DNA of 64,000 nt. Source: Bacteroidota bacterium. GTDB lineage: Bacteria > Bacteroidota > Bacteroidia > Flavobacteriales_F > PHOS-HE28. The notes beneath the pieces are model-generated. The model was given only the letters and a program-made list of their open reading frames with translations. It was not told the origin of the DNA and made no database searches. Each line of letters begins with the position of its first letter. The stretch's first letter is position 1. The stretch spans positions 89,792 through 153,791 of the forward strand of contig JACTMO010000053.1 in NCBI GenBank assembly GCA_014584605.1, in the 5' to 3' direction. Position numbers and translations under genes: made by a program. Shown here piece by piece: positions 46,680 through 57,300 of the stretch.

Positions 46680-47657
46680 ATGCTCGTTCGCGCCTATCGC
46701 ACCTATCAGCCCGCGCTCCTGTTGGGGTTGCTGATCCTCGCCCCGGCGGTCTGGTCGGGCACCTGGGCGCACGGGGTTCCACTGCCCCCGGGCCCTTACA
46801 TGCCGGGTTACCGGCCCTTCGCGCTGGCCTTTGCGTGGTGGCCCTGGACCGCGCCGTTGATGGGTGCGCTGGCCACTGCGGCCTTGGCCCTGCAGCTCGA
46901 CCGCCTGGCCAACGATCGCGAACTGTTCGAACGGCACCACCACCTGCCGGCCCTGCTGCTGCCGCTGTTACTGGCCACAGGCCCGTTGCGCATGGCCCCC
47001 GATCCGGCGATGCTGGGCATGCCCGCCGTACTGCAGGCCTTGCGGATCGCCTGGGGCACCCAGGGCAGGCATCGGGCCCTGGCCCCCCTGTTCGATGCGG
47101 GTTGCCTGGTGGGCGTGGCCGCACTGTTCCACTTCCCCTACGTGTTCCTGGTGGTGGTGCTGTGGGCCTCGGTGGCCGTGATGCGGCCCTACGCCTGGCG
47201 TGATTACGCCGTACCCCTGCTGGGCATGGTGCTGGTGCTGGTGCTGGCCTGGGGCGTGGTGGGCCTGGTGGGCGGCCTGGGCGGATGGGCACCCCTCGGC
47301 ACCATGCCCCTGCGCACGGCCGATCCCCTGCCGGACCAATGGCTGCGCGACCGGCTGGCCCCCGCGACCGTGGTGCTGCTCTGGCTCATCGCCGTGCCAG
47401 CCATGGCCGGGGTGTATCGGCGCAGCATCATGCGGGAGAAGAACGTACGCGCCTCCTTCCTGGCCTTTGCGTTCACCTGTGTGCTGTTGCTGGGCTTCGC
47501 GGTCCTGCTGGGGCAACCGCCGTCCGCCGTACTGGTGGCCTGCCCCCTGGCGGTGGTACTGAGCTACCCGCTGCAGGCCGCCCGCCACCTCTGGCCGGCC
47601 GAACTGGCCGTGGCCGTATTGCTGGTGGCGGCCGTGGCCGGCCCTTGGTGGGGCTGA
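46680..47657 (+). CDS. Polytopic integral membrane protein, function unknown
   Basis: About 8 hydrophobic segments; no soluble domain. Confidence 0.5.
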   Translation: MLVRAYRTYQPALLLGLLILAPAVWSGTWAHGVPLPPGPYMPGYRPFALAFAWWPWTAPLMGALATAALALQLDRLANDRELFERHHHLPALLLPLLLATGPLRMAPDPAMLGMPAVLQALRIAWGTQGRHRALAPLFDAGCLVGVAALFHFPYVFLVVVLWASVAVMRPYAWRDYAVPLLGMVLVLVLAWGVVGLVGGLGGWAPLGTMPLRTADPLPDQWLRDRLAPATVVLLWLIAVPAMAGVYRRSIMREKNVRASFLAFAFTCVLLLGFAVLLGQPPSAVLVACPLAVVLSYPLQAARHLWPAELAVAVLLVAAVAGPWWG

Positions 47658-47700
47658 GTACCTTTGGCCCCGCCGTTCCCCAAGGCGCGGCCCATCGGTC

Positions 47701-48390
47701 ATGAAGTGCGGCGTCGTCATCTTCCCGGGCTCCAACTGCGACGAGGACATGGTGCAGGTGCTGGAGGCCCAGGGCGGCGGTCCGGTCGAGCGGCTTTGGC
47801 ACAAGGAGCACGACCTGCGGGGCTGCGACCTGGTGGTGCTGCCCGGCGGCTTCAGCTACGGGGACTACCTGCGTTCGGGGGCCATCGCGCGGTTCTCGCC
47901 CATCATGCAGGAGGTGGCGGCCCATGCCGAACGCGGCGGGCTCGTGCTGGGGGTGTGCAACGGGTTCCAAGTGCTGTGCGAAGCGGGACTGCTGCCCGGA
48001 GCGCTGCTGCACAACGGGGGCCAGCGCTTCATCTGCCGCAACGTGCACATCACGCCGGCCACCAAGCGCACCGCGCTCACACAGGCCATCGCGCGCAAGG
48101 TGCTCACCATCCCCATCGCGCACGGCGAGGGCCGCTACCACATCGATGCCGCCGGCCTCAAGCGCCTGAAGGACGGCGACCAGGTGCTCTTTCGCTATTG
48201 CGATGCCGAAGGGAATGTGCACGAGGAGGCCAACCCCAACGGCAGCATGGACCACATCGCGGGCGTGTGCAACGAAGGCCGGAACGTGTTCGGCATGATG
48301 CCCCATCCGGAGCGTGCGGCCGATGCCCTGCTGGGCAACACCGACGGCATGGCGCTGTTCACCGGGCTCCTAAAGGCCGTCGCCGTCTGA
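47701..48390 (+). CDS. purQ: Phosphoribosylformylglycinamidine synthase subunit PurQ (glutaminase)
   Basis: '[17 protein letters not shown]', '[20 protein letters not shown]', '[11 protein letters not shown]', 'MPHPER' are class I GATase/PurQ signatures. Confidence 0.9.
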   Translation: MKCGVVIFPGSNCDEDMVQVLEAQGGGPVERLWHKEHDLRGCDLVVLPGGFSYGDYLRSGAIARFSPIMQEVAAHAERGGLVLGVCNGFQVLCEAGLLPGALLHNGGQRFICRNVHITPATKRTALTQAIARKVLTIPIAHGEGRYHIDAAGLKRLKDGDQVLFRYCDAEGNVHEEANPNGSMDHIAGVCNEGRNVFGMMPHPERAADALLGNTDGMALFTGLLKAVAV

Positions 48391-50418
48391 GACCACCGGC
48401 ATCAGGAGCGGCCGCACCTTCCGGTCCCCGGCGGGGTCCGCCCACGCCCCCGCAGCATCCTCCCGGCACCCTTCCCAGCCCAGGAGCCGCATGCCCGGCG
48501 CGGGCAACGCCTCCAACCGCAGGGGTGCGCCCGCGAAGCCGGTGATGCTGTGCCGGCCCGGCGGGAGCACGATGCCGTCGAGCAGCACGGTCCCTTGGGC
48601 ATTTTCCGGGACCAGGACGGAGACGGTGCCCAAGGAGGTGCCCGTGAACCGGGCCAGATGGCGCAGCAGATGTCCGGGCCGGCGCAGGGCGTGGACGCGC
48701 AGGTCGGCGTGGCTCTCTTCCGGGGTGGGCATGGCCATGCGACGGTGCCAGAGGGCGTGGTCGGCGCGCATCAGCGCGGCATGCGCCGCGAACAGGCTGT
48801 CGGCCAGCGCGGCGGCAGGGGCGGGTGCCAGCACGGTGGCCAGGAGCGTGGCCGTTCGCGCCAGCAGCAGCGGGCGCAACTGCGGATGGTCCAACAGGGC
48901 GGACAGGTATGGGGCGGCCGGGAGCGGCGCCTGGGCGATGCGGCTTGCCGAGGGGTCCTCCGGTGGGGCCCACAGGTCCATGTCGTACAGCACCCAGCGC
49001 CACCGGCCTCCGGGCTGTGCGGGGCGCCAGCAGCGCATGTTCAGGTCGTGGTCGGCACGGCCGGACCACAGGTCGAAACAGGCCAGTTCGATCAGGCTTC
49101 CGAGGTCGATGAAGACCTCCAGACTGTCGAGCGGTGCGCGTCGCGCCAAAAGGTCCAGGGCCCGTTCATAGGGCGCACGGTCGCCTTTCACCACGCGCCC
49201 CTCGGGACCCTCCACGATGTCCAGATGTTCGGCCTCGGTCAGGGACAGCAGAAAGTCCTCGTTCTTGGCGGGCATCAGCCGATAGGTCCCCTGCGGAACA
49301 CCGTTGAGCGTAAGCGGCAACGGGGTGCCTGGCTGCACATCGAGGCGGTCGCCGGCGCGGTGCACGCTCACCTCGGCGAACAGGTTGCGCAGCAAGGCGT
49401 GCGGGGTGGCGTCGGCACGCAGCACCACGTTGCGCCAGGTGCTGCCATCGGGCAGGGGCAGGCTGCGCGTGCCGTCGGTGGCGCTGAGGTTGAACGAACG
49501 CTTGGGCAAGCCGCGCGAGCCGGAGCCCGAGAGGCGAAGGCGCACGGCCGAGGCAGCGGTATCCACCATGCCGGGCAGAGCGACCTTTGCGGGCCGTACC
49601 CAGGCCGGGCCGGTACGGACATGGTTGGCGCGGTCGCCTTCGATCATCAATCCGCGCCGGGGGTCGAACAGCTCCGGCGGGTTGATGCAGAGCGAAGCGC
49701 CCGAACCAGGGGCTTTCTGTCCCTGCACCCAGGTCTCGGCGCTCGCGAGCAGGTCGGCGCGCCAGGCCACCGCCCGCACGGTGCGGTTCTCCGGAAGGGC
49801 CATCGGGCCGGTGACCACGGTGCCATGGCCGGGGGAGGGCGGGCTGCCGTCGGTGGTGCAGGTCACCGTGCAGCCGTTGCAGGCGTTGAGCACGAGACCG
49901 CCCATCGTGCGTTGTGCCACGGGGGCCGGTGCCCGGCCCCGGATGGGCTGTGCGGCCCGGTTGGGCGCTTCCGGTCCCGGGTCGGTGAGAAAGCTCCAGG
50001 TGCCCGCCCCGTCGGGCAGGCGACCGATGGAGACCCCGGGCGGCACGCTGGGCCAGCGGAAGGCATCGAGCATGCGGCGACCATCCGCACCGAAGAGCAG
50101 CAGATCGCCACCGGCCGCAGGCAGGTGCATCAGAGCGCCTTCCCCATCGCTCCGACCCCGCACCACCACCATGCGATGCCGACCCGGAGGCAGGAGCGGC
50201 TGCTCCTGCAGCACCACCCGGAATGGTTCGCGGACCAGGAGCATGCCGTGAAGGTCCACGGGTACCGTATCGGCATTGAAGAGCTCCACCCAGCCGCTGT
50301 CCGCCGGATGCACCATGGGCAGCACCTCGTTGATCCGCACGGCCTGGGCCTGTGCGATGAGACCGGACCCCCACATCAGCAGGGCCGCCATGGCGTGGCG
50401 GGGCAGGCGTTGGCACAT
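48370..50418 (-). CDS. Secreted lamin-tail-domain (LTD) protein, CotH-like
   Basis: Signal peptide '[26 protein letters not shown]'. LTD signature 'VRINEVLP...DSGWVELFN'. The large central domain is of CotH-like type (tentative). Confidence 0.5.
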   Translation of the reverse strand: MCQRLPRHAMAALLMWGSGLIAQAQAVRINEVLPMVHPADSGWVELFNADTVPVDLHGMLLVREPFRVVLQEQPLLPPGRHRMVVVRGRSDGEGALMHLPAAGGDLLLFGADGRRMLDAFRWPSVPPGVSIGRLPDGAGTWSFLTDPGPEAPNRAAQPIRGRAPAPVAQRTMGGLVLNACNGCTVTCTTDGSPPSPGHGTVVTGPMALPENRTVRAVAWRADLLASAETWVQGQKAPGSGASLCINPPELFDPRRGLMIEGDRANHVRTGPAWVRPAKVALPGMVDTAASAVRLRLSGSGSRGLPKRSFNLSATDGTRSLPLPDGSTWRNVVLRADATPHALLRNLFAEVSVHRAGDRLDVQPGTPLPLTLNGVPQGTYRLMPAKNEDFLLSLTEAEHLDIVEGPEGRVVKGDRAPYERALDLLARRAPLDSLEVFIDLGSLIELACFDLWSGRADHDLNMRCWRPAQPGGRWRWVLYDMDLWAPPEDPSASRIAQAPLPAAPYLSALLDHPQLRPLLLARTATLLATVLAPAPAAALADSLFAAHAALMRADHALWHRRMAMPTPEESHADLRVHALRRPGHLLRHLARFTGTSLGTVSVLVPENAQGTVLLDGIVLPPGRHSITGFAGAPLRLEALPAPGMRLLGWEGCREDAAGAWADPAGDRKVRPLLMPVVSDGDGL

Positions 50419-50670
50419 CGGGCCAAAGTTGGCATGGCGCGGAGCATGCTGCCGCAAGTATCGGTTAACACGGCTGCCGCCGGTCCTGCTTACGGAGCCG
50501 GTGCGCAGGAAGCGGTCGATCCCGGCATCGGACAGGGGCGTGAAGAAGTGTGGAGGTGAGGATGGCCAGGGCTTTCAGCTTCCTTACGTCCTCACCTCTT
50601 CACCGGAACAGGTTGGATCTTCGTTGCCGCTTCAGTAACTTGCCCACGCTCCGAACGCCACTACGTCTCC

Positions 50671-52062
50671 ATGCGCAACACGACCCTGCTTCTTCTATCC
50701 GGCCTTGCCATCAGCGCCATGGGCCAGGGCACGATCACCAGTGTACAGATCACCCCGAGCACGCTCACCGAATGCACGTTCATGAACGTGACGGTGATCG
50801 GCACCATCCCCGGGAACGCCCAGGTGACGGGTTTCGTCCCGGGGCAGAACGGGAACAACATCACCATCGTGTTGACCGCCTCGGGCACGGGAGGCGGAAC
50901 GGGATCGTTCAACCAGCCGTTGCCGCCCCTGGGCCCGTACACCGCCGGGACCTACAACGTGCAGATCTCGCTGGAGCTGAACGGCACCATCACGGATACC
51001 GAGACGCTTCAGCGCACCGTGCAGCCGGGCGTGAACCCTGACGCGGGCACGGATGCCTCGGTCTTGGGGGTGTGCGACACGGACCCCAATTTCCTGTTGA
51101 TCAATGAACTGGGTGGTTCGCCCGACCCCGGAGGGGTGTGGACCAACCCGCTGAACCAGCCGCACAGCGGCAATTTCAACCCGGGCACCGATCCGGGCGG
51201 GTTCTACCTGTACACCATCGAGGCCCTGGCCCCGTGCAGCACCGTGCAGAGCAGCGTGTACGTGGAATACGCGCCCAACAGCGATCCCGGTGACGATGGC
51301 GCGGTGACCGTGTGCGTGAACGGGGCTCCGATCGACCTGTTCGCCAACCTGCAGGGCACCCCGGAGACCGGTGGCACGTGGAGCGGCCCCAGTCCGGTGG
51401 TGAACGGCCAGTACGACCCGGCCACGATGACGCCCGGAGCCTACGTGTACACGGTGCAGGGCATGGGCAACTGCGGCAACCCCTCGGCCACGGTGACCGT
51501 GAGCGAGGCGAACCTGCCCAACGCCGGCACGGCCGTGCCCATCACGGCCTGCGCCACGGACACCAGCCTGACGCTCAGTACCGGGCTCACGGGTAATCCC
51601 TTGCAAACGGGCGTGTGGCTCGATCCGCTCGGTTTTCTGCTCGGGCCCTACAACGTGGTCATCAACCCGTCCATCTACGGTGCCGGCAACCACAACTTCC
51701 GCTACGTGGCCACCAACACCTTCTGCCCCAACGACACCACCACGGTGCCGGTGACCCTGCTGGCCGCACCGTGCGGCATCAGCGTGCAGGAGATCGCCGC
51801 CGGCGTGACGCGATTCAAGGTAATGCCCAACCCGGCCCGCGAACGCGCCACGGTGGAGCTGAGCCTTGCCGCGGGCATGGGTGCGGTGCGGCTGGAGTTG
51901 CTCGGCACCGACGGCCGTTCCGTGCGTCGGGAGCGGCTGGCCGGCAGCGGCCGCACCGAACTGCGCCACGACCTCGACCTCGGCGGGCTCGAGGCAGGCA
52001 CCTACCTGCTGCGCCTCACCACGGACCGTGGGAACGTGGCGCGGACCCTGGTGGTGGAATAA
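50671..52062 (+). CDS. Secreted T9SS type-A CTD protein (Ig-like repeats)
   Basis: Signal peptide 'MRNTTLLLLSGLAISAMGQ'. C-terminal 'FKVMPNPARERATVELS...GTYLLRLTTDRGNVARTLVVE'. Confidence 0.7.
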   Translation: MRNTTLLLLSGLAISAMGQGTITSVQITPSTLTECTFMNVTVIGTIPGNAQVTGFVPGQNGNNITIVLTASGTGGGTGSFNQPLPPLGPYTAGTYNVQISLELNGTITDTETLQRTVQPGVNPDAGTDASVLGVCDTDPNFLLINELGGSPDPGGVWTNPLNQPHSGNFNPGTDPGGFYLYTIEALAPCSTVQSSVYVEYAPNSDPGDDGAVTVCVNGAPIDLFANLQGTPETGGTWSGPSPVVNGQYDPATMTPGAYVYTVQGMGNCGNPSATVTVSEANLPNAGTAVPITACATDTSLTLSTGLTGNPLQTGVWLDPLGFLLGPYNVVINPSIYGAGNHNFRYVATNTFCPNDTTTVPVTLLAAPCGISVQEIAAGVTRFKVMPNPARERATVELSLAAGMGAVRLELLGTDGRSVRRERLAGSGRTELRHDLDLGGLEAGTYLLRLTTDRGNVARTLVVE

Positions 52063-52269
52063 GCCAGCGACGGTCGAACGGGCGGGGCGGTGCATCGCAT
52101 GGTGCACCGCCCCGTGCGCTTCACAGCGCGTTGCGCGTCACCCAGTAGCGCCAGGCCACCAGCAGCTTTTGGAGCTTGGAAAGGCGCGTGAGGTCCTTGT
52201 CCCAGAGCTTGGGCAGCACGGCCTTGTTCAGGCGGGCCAGCAGGCGGAACACGGAGCGGCGCATGGGAC

Positions 52270-53238
52270 CTATCGGCATGCGGTGCCGCAGTGCTCGTGC
52301 TCCCACTCGAGCTCGATGGTGGCGTGATGGATGCCCAGCTCCTGGAGCACCTCGCGGGCGCGGCTTTTGACGGCCAGGGCCTCGCGAAGTTCCACATCGG
52401 CCACCACCAGGTGCACCGTGTGGACCACGAAGCTCCCGTCCAGGCTCCAGGTGTGCTGGTCGTGCAGGTCGCGCACATGGGGCAGGGCCAGCAGCCTCTC
52501 GCGCACGGCGGCCAGGTCGATGCCTTCGGGCACATGCTGCATGAGGATGGCCGTTCCACGGCGCAGGGTGCCCACGGCGTTCACCAGGATGAAGAGGCTG
52601 ATGCCCACGCTCAACAGGGGGTCCACCACGGCCCAGCGGGTGAAGTGGATCACCACGGCGCCCACCAGCACGGCCGCCCAGCCCAGCACGTCCTCCAGCA
52701 GATGCAGGTAGGCGCCGCGTTCGTTCAGTGTGGCACCGCCGTGCAGGCGCCAGGCCGCCAGGCCGTTCATGGCCAGGCCGAAGAGGGCGATGCCGATCAT
52801 GCCCACGGCGTGGGGCTCCCGGGGGTGCAGCACCTTGGGCAGGCTCACCACCATCATGCCCAGTGCGCCGACGATCAGCACCAGGCTGGTGAGCCACCCG
52901 CCCAGCATGCTGAAGCGGCCGTAGCCGTAGCTGTAGTGCGGATCGCGACCCTTCAGGGCCACCCGCTGGAGCCACCATGCGGTGCCCAGCACCAGGCAAT
53001 CGCCAGCGTCGTGCATCGCATCGGTGAGCACCGCGATGCTCCCGGTCCACCACCCACCGCCCAGCTCCACCAGGGTGAAGGCCAGGTTGAGGAAGAAGGC
53101 GGCACGCAGCGCCCGCGCACCCTCGGCCTTCACGTGACCGTGTGTGTGGGAGGGCCGCCCCGCAAGGTGGTGCGGCCCGTGATGGTCATGCTGCGGATGA
53201 ACGTGTGCCACCGGTGCAAGGTAGCCCGGCCGCAACAA
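52270..53238 (-). CDS. Cation diffusion facilitator (CDF) family metal efflux transporter
   Basis: His-rich N-terminus 'HVHPQHDHHGPHH...HTHGH'. TM2 'AVLTDAMHDAGD' and TM5 'HLLEDVLGW' metal-binding motifs. There is no in-frame ATG before TM1, so the start is TTG (53238) or GTG (~53211). Confidence 0.85.
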   Translation of the reverse strand: MLRPGYLAPVAHVHPQHDHHGPHHLAGRPSHTHGHVKAEGARALRAAFFLNLAFTLVELGGGWWTGSIAVLTDAMHDAGDCLVLGTAWWLQRVALKGRDPHYSYGYGRFSMLGGWLTSLVLIVGALGMMVVSLPKVLHPREPHAVGMIGIALFGLAMNGLAAWRLHGGATLNERGAYLHLLEDVLGWAAVLVGAVVIHFTRWAVVDPLLSVGISLFILVNAVGTLRRGTAILMQHVPEGIDLAAVRERLLALPHVRDLHDQHTWSLDGSFVVHTVHLVVADVELREALAVKSRAREVLQELGIHHATIELEWEHEHCGTACR

Positions 53239-53279
53239 GGACGAGGAACGATGCCGTGGCCGCCCCCTACCTTGCGCCC

Positions 53280-53747
53280 ATGTCCACGCCCGTCGCTCCC
53301 GCGCCGCGCACCTTCGGCCAGAAGGTGGGGCGCTTCACCATCCGCCTGCTCCTGCTGGTCCTCGTCGGCCTGCTGGCCTGGCTGCTGTTCATCTACTACG
53401 CCGTGTACAGCGAGGGCAGCCGGAGCGGCATGGTCATCCGGCTCAGCAAACGCGGGGTGCTGTTCAAGACCTGGGAGGGACAGCTGAACATGCAGAGCTT
53501 CGGGGCCGTGGACCCCAAGGGGACCTCCCTGAACGAGGTGTTCAACTTCAGCGTGCAGAAGGGCGATGAAGGGCTCTACCGGCAACTGGAAGAGGCCAGC
53601 CTGAGCGGAGAGAGGGTGAACCTGCACTACGTGGAGCGCTACGCCCGGCTGCCCTGGCGGGGCGAGACGACCTGTTTCATCACCCGGGTGGAGCGCAGCG
53701 GCACGCCGGGCGATGCGCAGCGGGAGAGGTCGCCCGTGGGGCACTGA
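53280..53747 (+). CDS. Hypothetical membrane protein
   Basis: 'FTIRLLLLVLVGLLAWLLFIYYAVY' TM helix followed by a ~120-aa soluble domain. No family recognised. Confidence 0.4.
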   Translation: MSTPVAPAPRTFGQKVGRFTIRLLLLVLVGLLAWLLFIYYAVYSEGSRSGMVIRLSKRGVLFKTWEGQLNMQSFGAVDPKGTSLNEVFNFSVQKGDEGLYRQLEEASLSGERVNLHYVERYARLPWRGETTCFITRVERSGTPGDAQRERSPVGH

Positions 53748-55709
53748 TCAGCCCACCACCACGCGCCCGGTCTTGCGGGCGAGGGCCACCTTGGCCTTGA
53801 TGAGCAGCATCTTCTTTTGCAGGACCTCAGCCTGCCCCTCCGGCCGTTCCGTGTCGCGCAGGCGCTCGTCGAGCTCTTCCAGCATGCGGTCCAGGCGGCG
53901 TTCCCGCAGGATGTCGAACCCCTCCTCCAGCGCGTCCTGCAGTTTGTCGCGCTCGTGCACGGTGTGGATCCGGTGGCGTTCCTTCCAGTTGGGGCTCAGC
54001 AGATGGCGGTCGGTGAGCAGGTCGATGGCCAGTTCGCGCCAGTCCGCCTGGTCGTGCCCGGCATAGTGTGCGGCACTGACGTCCTCCCCCCTGTTGCTGG
54101 CGTGCCGGTAGTCCATGTAGATCTCCCTGAACAGGGGCTCATCGAACATCAGGTCGTCCAGGGCCAGGAGCTCGAACATGTACTCGGCCACGCTGTATTC
54201 GGTGTCGCTGGTGCTGCCGTCCTCGAGCCGGATGGGCACCATGATCCGCTGGTGGCCGTAGTTGAGCAGGATGCGCAGCAGGTCGCGCTCCTGGGCCGCG
54301 GTGCCTTTGATGGGCGCGGGAGGGGGCTGGGGCACCTGCAGCGCGGGGGCCTCGACCTCTGGGACCTCGTGCGTGCCATGCCGTTTTCGGTAAGCGCTCC
54401 GCAGCACCTTGTTCAGTTCGCTCAGCAGGGCCTGTTCGCTCACCTCCATCAGGCGGCCGCATTGCTGGATGTACAGCTGGCGCAGCACCTGGTCGGGGAT
54501 GCGGGCGATGCTCTCCACGATGCTGTGGATGGCGGCCGCCTTGAGGACGGGATCGCCGCCGGTGTCCTTCACCAGCAGCTCGGTCTTGAACGCCAGGAAA
54601 TCCCTGGCGGCATCGCGCAGGAAGACCTCCACCTCGCTGCTGGGGCGGCTGCGGGCGAAGCTGTCGGGGTCCTCCCCATCGGGGAAGAGCACCACCTTCA
54701 CGCCCAGGCCTTCGGCCAGGATGAGGTCGATGCCGCGCAGGCTGGCCTTGATGCCGGCGGGGTCGCCGTCGTACAGGATGGTGACCTGCCCGGCGTAGCG
54801 CTTGATCAGGCGCACCTGGTCCTCGGTGAGGCTGGTGCCGCTGCTGGCCACCACGTTGCGGATGCCGGCCTGGTGCAGGCTGATCACATCGGTATAGCCC
54901 TCCACCAGCAGGCAGGTGCCGCTGTCGGCGATGGCCTTCTTGGCGAAGTGGATGCCGTACAGGGAGCGGCTCTTGACGTAGAGGGTGCTCTCGGGGCTGT
55001 TGAAGTACTTGGGCAGCTTCGCGCCGCCGCCTTTGTCGCTGCGCAACGCACGTGCCCCGAAGGCGATCACCTGCCCGCCGAGCCCGTGCACGGGGAAGGT
55101 GACACGCCCGGCGAAGAAGTCCCACGCCGTGCCGTCCTCGCGTCGCTTGATCCAGCCGGCCTTTTCCACCAGCTCGGGGTCGAAGCCCTGGGCGCGGGCG
55201 GCGGCGGCGAAGGCCGAGCCCTGTTCGGGCACATAGCCCAGCTGGAAGGTGCGGATGACCTCGTCGCGGAAACCGCGCTCGTGGAAGTAGGCCAGGCCGA
55301 TGCGGCGCCCCTCATCGGTGTCCCAGAGCTGGCCGATGCTCCATTCGGTGGCGAAGCGCTGCACGGCGGCCAGGCTCTCGCGTTCGCTGTGCTCCAGTTG
55401 CTGCTCCGGGGTGGCCTCTGTCTCCGGCAGGTCGATGTGGTACCGCTTGGCCAGCCAGCGGATCGCCTCCACGTAGCTCAGATGCTCGTGCTTCTGCAGG
55501 AAGGTGATGGCGTCCCCGGCCTCGCCGCAGCCGAAGCACTTGAAGATGCCCAGCGCGGGGCTGACGTTGAAGCTGGGCGTCTTCTCGTTGTGGAAGGGGC
55601 ACAGGCCCAGGTAGCGGGGCCCCTTGCGCTTCAGGGCCACGAACTCGCCCACGACCTCTTCGACGCGGACGACGTCCTTGACGCGTTGAATGGCCTCGGG
55701 CGCGATCAC
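53748..55709 (-). CDS. dnaG: DNA primase
   Basis: Zinc ribbon 'CPFHNEKTPSFNVSPALGIFKCFGCGEAG' and TOPRIM 'LLVEGYTDVISLHQAGIRNVVASSGTSLT'. Tail-to-tail with the previous gene. Confidence 0.95.
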   Translation of the reverse strand: MIAPEAIQRVKDVVRVEEVVGEFVALKRKGPRYLGLCPFHNEKTPSFNVSPALGIFKCFGCGEAGDAITFLQKHEHLSYVEAIRWLAKRYHIDLPETEATPEQQLEHSERESLAAVQRFATEWSIGQLWDTDEGRRIGLAYFHERGFRDEVIRTFQLGYVPEQGSAFAAAARAQGFDPELVEKAGWIKRREDGTAWDFFAGRVTFPVHGLGGQVIAFGARALRSDKGGGAKLPKYFNSPESTLYVKSRSLYGIHFAKKAIADSGTCLLVEGYTDVISLHQAGIRNVVASSGTSLTEDQVRLIKRYAGQVTILYDGDPAGIKASLRGIDLILAEGLGVKVVLFPDGEDPDSFARSRPSSEVEVFLRDAARDFLAFKTELLVKDTGGDPVLKAAAIHSIVESIARIPDQVLRQLYIQQCGRLMEVSEQALLSELNKVLRSAYRKRHGTHEVPEVEAPALQVPQPPPAPIKGTAAQERDLLRILLNYGHQRIMVPIRLEDGSTSDTEYSVAEYMFELLALDDLMFDEPLFREIYMDYRHASNRGEDVSAAHYAGHDQADWRELAIDLLTDRHLLSPNWKERHRIHTVHERDKLQDALEEGFDILRERRLDRMLEELDERLRDTERPEGQAEVLQKKMLLIKAKVALARKTGRVVVG

Positions 55710-55758
55710 GGTGGGGCCCCGCGTGTTCGGCGGGGATCGAAGGTAAGGCGGTGGCCGG

Positions 55759-56250
55759 TCAATGTTCGGCGCGCACCGTGCCGGTGCTGTCGTACACCAC
55801 GGTCTTGATCAGCGCGCCGGCCTCGTCGTGGAACCGCCATTCGCCCACGGGGGTGCCGTGGTGGTTCTGGCCCAGGTAGCGCACGGCGCCGTTGGGGTGG
55901 AACACTGCCACGGGACCATGGGCCATGCCATCGCGATATTCGGTCTGGCTCAGCAGGCGGCCCCGCGTGGTGAAGCTGCGCCAGATGCCATGTCTGCGGC
56001 CGTTGCGGACCACGCCCCGCAGGGTGGTGCCGTCGGGGAGCTGCTGCACCTGGGGCCCGTCGCGCGGTGCGGCGGGGACCGTGTCGCCCCCCACCGCCCC
56101 CGGGTCCGCCTGTTCGGCATGGGGGTTCTCCGGTACGCCGCACGCGGTCAGCATCAGGAGCAGGAGCAGCGACCAGGTCCTGGCCAGGGCCTTCGTCGTC
56201 CGGCCCTGAGGCGCATCGGGGTGCAACGGGAGAGGGGGCGTTGGGCTCAT
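55759..56250 (-). CDS. MORN-repeat lipoprotein (YwqK-like)
   Basis: Lipobox 'LLLLMLTACG'. Repeated 'G..R.G.W..F' MORN-like units. Confidence 0.55.
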   Translation of the reverse strand: MSPTPPLPLHPDAPQGRTTKALARTWSLLLLLMLTACGVPENPHAEQADPGAVGGDTVPAAPRDGPQVQQLPDGTTLRGVVRNGRRHGIWRSFTTRGRLLSQTEYRDGMAHGPVAVFHPNGAVRYLGQNHHGTPVGEWRFHDEAGALIKTVVYDSTGTVRAEH

Positions 56251-57233
56251 TTCTCGCGGTCCACGGTGAGGTGCACGAGTCCTTCGAGGGAGCGCCGTGC
56301 CGGGGTGTCGGCGAAGGTGTGCAGCACCTCCAGAGCCTGGTCCCGGAGCTCCAGCATGCGCCGTTGGGCATGGGCCACGCCGCCCACCTCCACCACGCGG
56401 CGCACCACGCGGTCCACGGCGGCGCGGTCCTGCTGGCGGGCCTTCACGGCGCGCACCATCCAGCGGCGGTCCCCGGAAGGGACCTGGCGCAGGGCGTGGA
56501 TCAGCGGCAGGGTGAGCTTGCGCTCCTTGATGTCCAGCCCGGTGGGCTTGCCGGTGGGGCTGCTGTCCGGCCCGTTCACGGGGTAGTCGAACAGGTCGTC
56601 CTTGATCTGAAAGGCGATGCCGGCCAGTTCGCCGAAGCGGCGCATGCGCTCCACCTCATCGGGGCTGGCCCCGCCGGCCGCAGCTCCGCTGGCGCAGCAG
56701 GCGGCGATCAGGCTGGCGGTCTTCTGGCGGATGATGTCGAAGTACACGGCCTCGTCGAAGTTGAGGGAGCGGGCCTTCTCCAGCTGCAGCAGCTCGCCCT
56801 CGCTCATTTCTCGGACCGCACGGCTCACAATGCCCAGCAGTTCGAACTGGCGGTGCTCCACGGCCAGTAAAAGGCCCCGGCTCAGCAGGTAATCGCCCAC
56901 CAGCACGGCGATCTTGTTCTTCCACAGGGCATTGATGCTGAAGAAGCCGCGGCGGAGCGGGCTGGTGTCCACCACATCGTCATGCACCAGGGTGGCGGTG
57001 TGCAGCAGCTCGATGAGGCTGGCGGCCACGAAGCCGTTGTCGTTCACCGGACCGAACTGGCGGGCGCTGAGCAGCGTGAACATGGGCCGCATCTGCTTGC
57101 CCTTGCGGCGCACGATGTAGTGCATCACCCGGTCGAGCAGGGCCACCCGGCTGCGCATGGCCTCGCGGAACCGCCCCTCGAACACGCGCATCTCCTCGGC
57201 GATGGGGCGCTGGATCTCCTCGAGGCTGGGCAT
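56247..57233 (-). CDS. Polyprenyl diphosphate synthase (IspB-like, trans-isoprenyl diphosphate synthase)
   Basis: FARM 'LVHDDVVD' and SARM 'KDDLFD'. Overlaps the downstream gene by 4 nt. The start could be ATG 57233 or 57263. Confidence 0.85.
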   Translation of the reverse strand: MPSLEEIQRPIAEEMRVFEGRFREAMRSRVALLDRVMHYIVRRKGKQMRPMFTLLSARQFGPVNDNGFVAASLIELLHTATLVHDDVVDTSPLRRGFFSINALWKNKIAVLVGDYLLSRGLLLAVEHRQFELLGIVSRAVREMSEGELLQLEKARSLNFDEAVYFDIIRQKTASLIAACCASGAAAGGASPDEVERMRRFGELAGIAFQIKDDLFDYPVNGPDSSPTGKPTGLDIKERKLTLPLIHALRQVPSGDRRWMVRAVKARQQDRAAVDRVVRRVVEVGGVAHAQRRMLELRDQALEVLHTFADTPARRSLEGLVHLTVDREK

Positions 57234-57300
57234 GGACCGGGGGCGGAGGGCAAAGATGCGCATCGGCCGGTCGGTGGGAGGCACCGCCGCTGCGGACCCT

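Noticed and set aside
44060-46681. 873-aa minus-strand ORF spanning the thioredoxin, purD and small-protein genes
   Set aside because: purD on the plus strand is unambiguous. The minus-strand translation is Arg/Gly/Ala-rich with no motifs.
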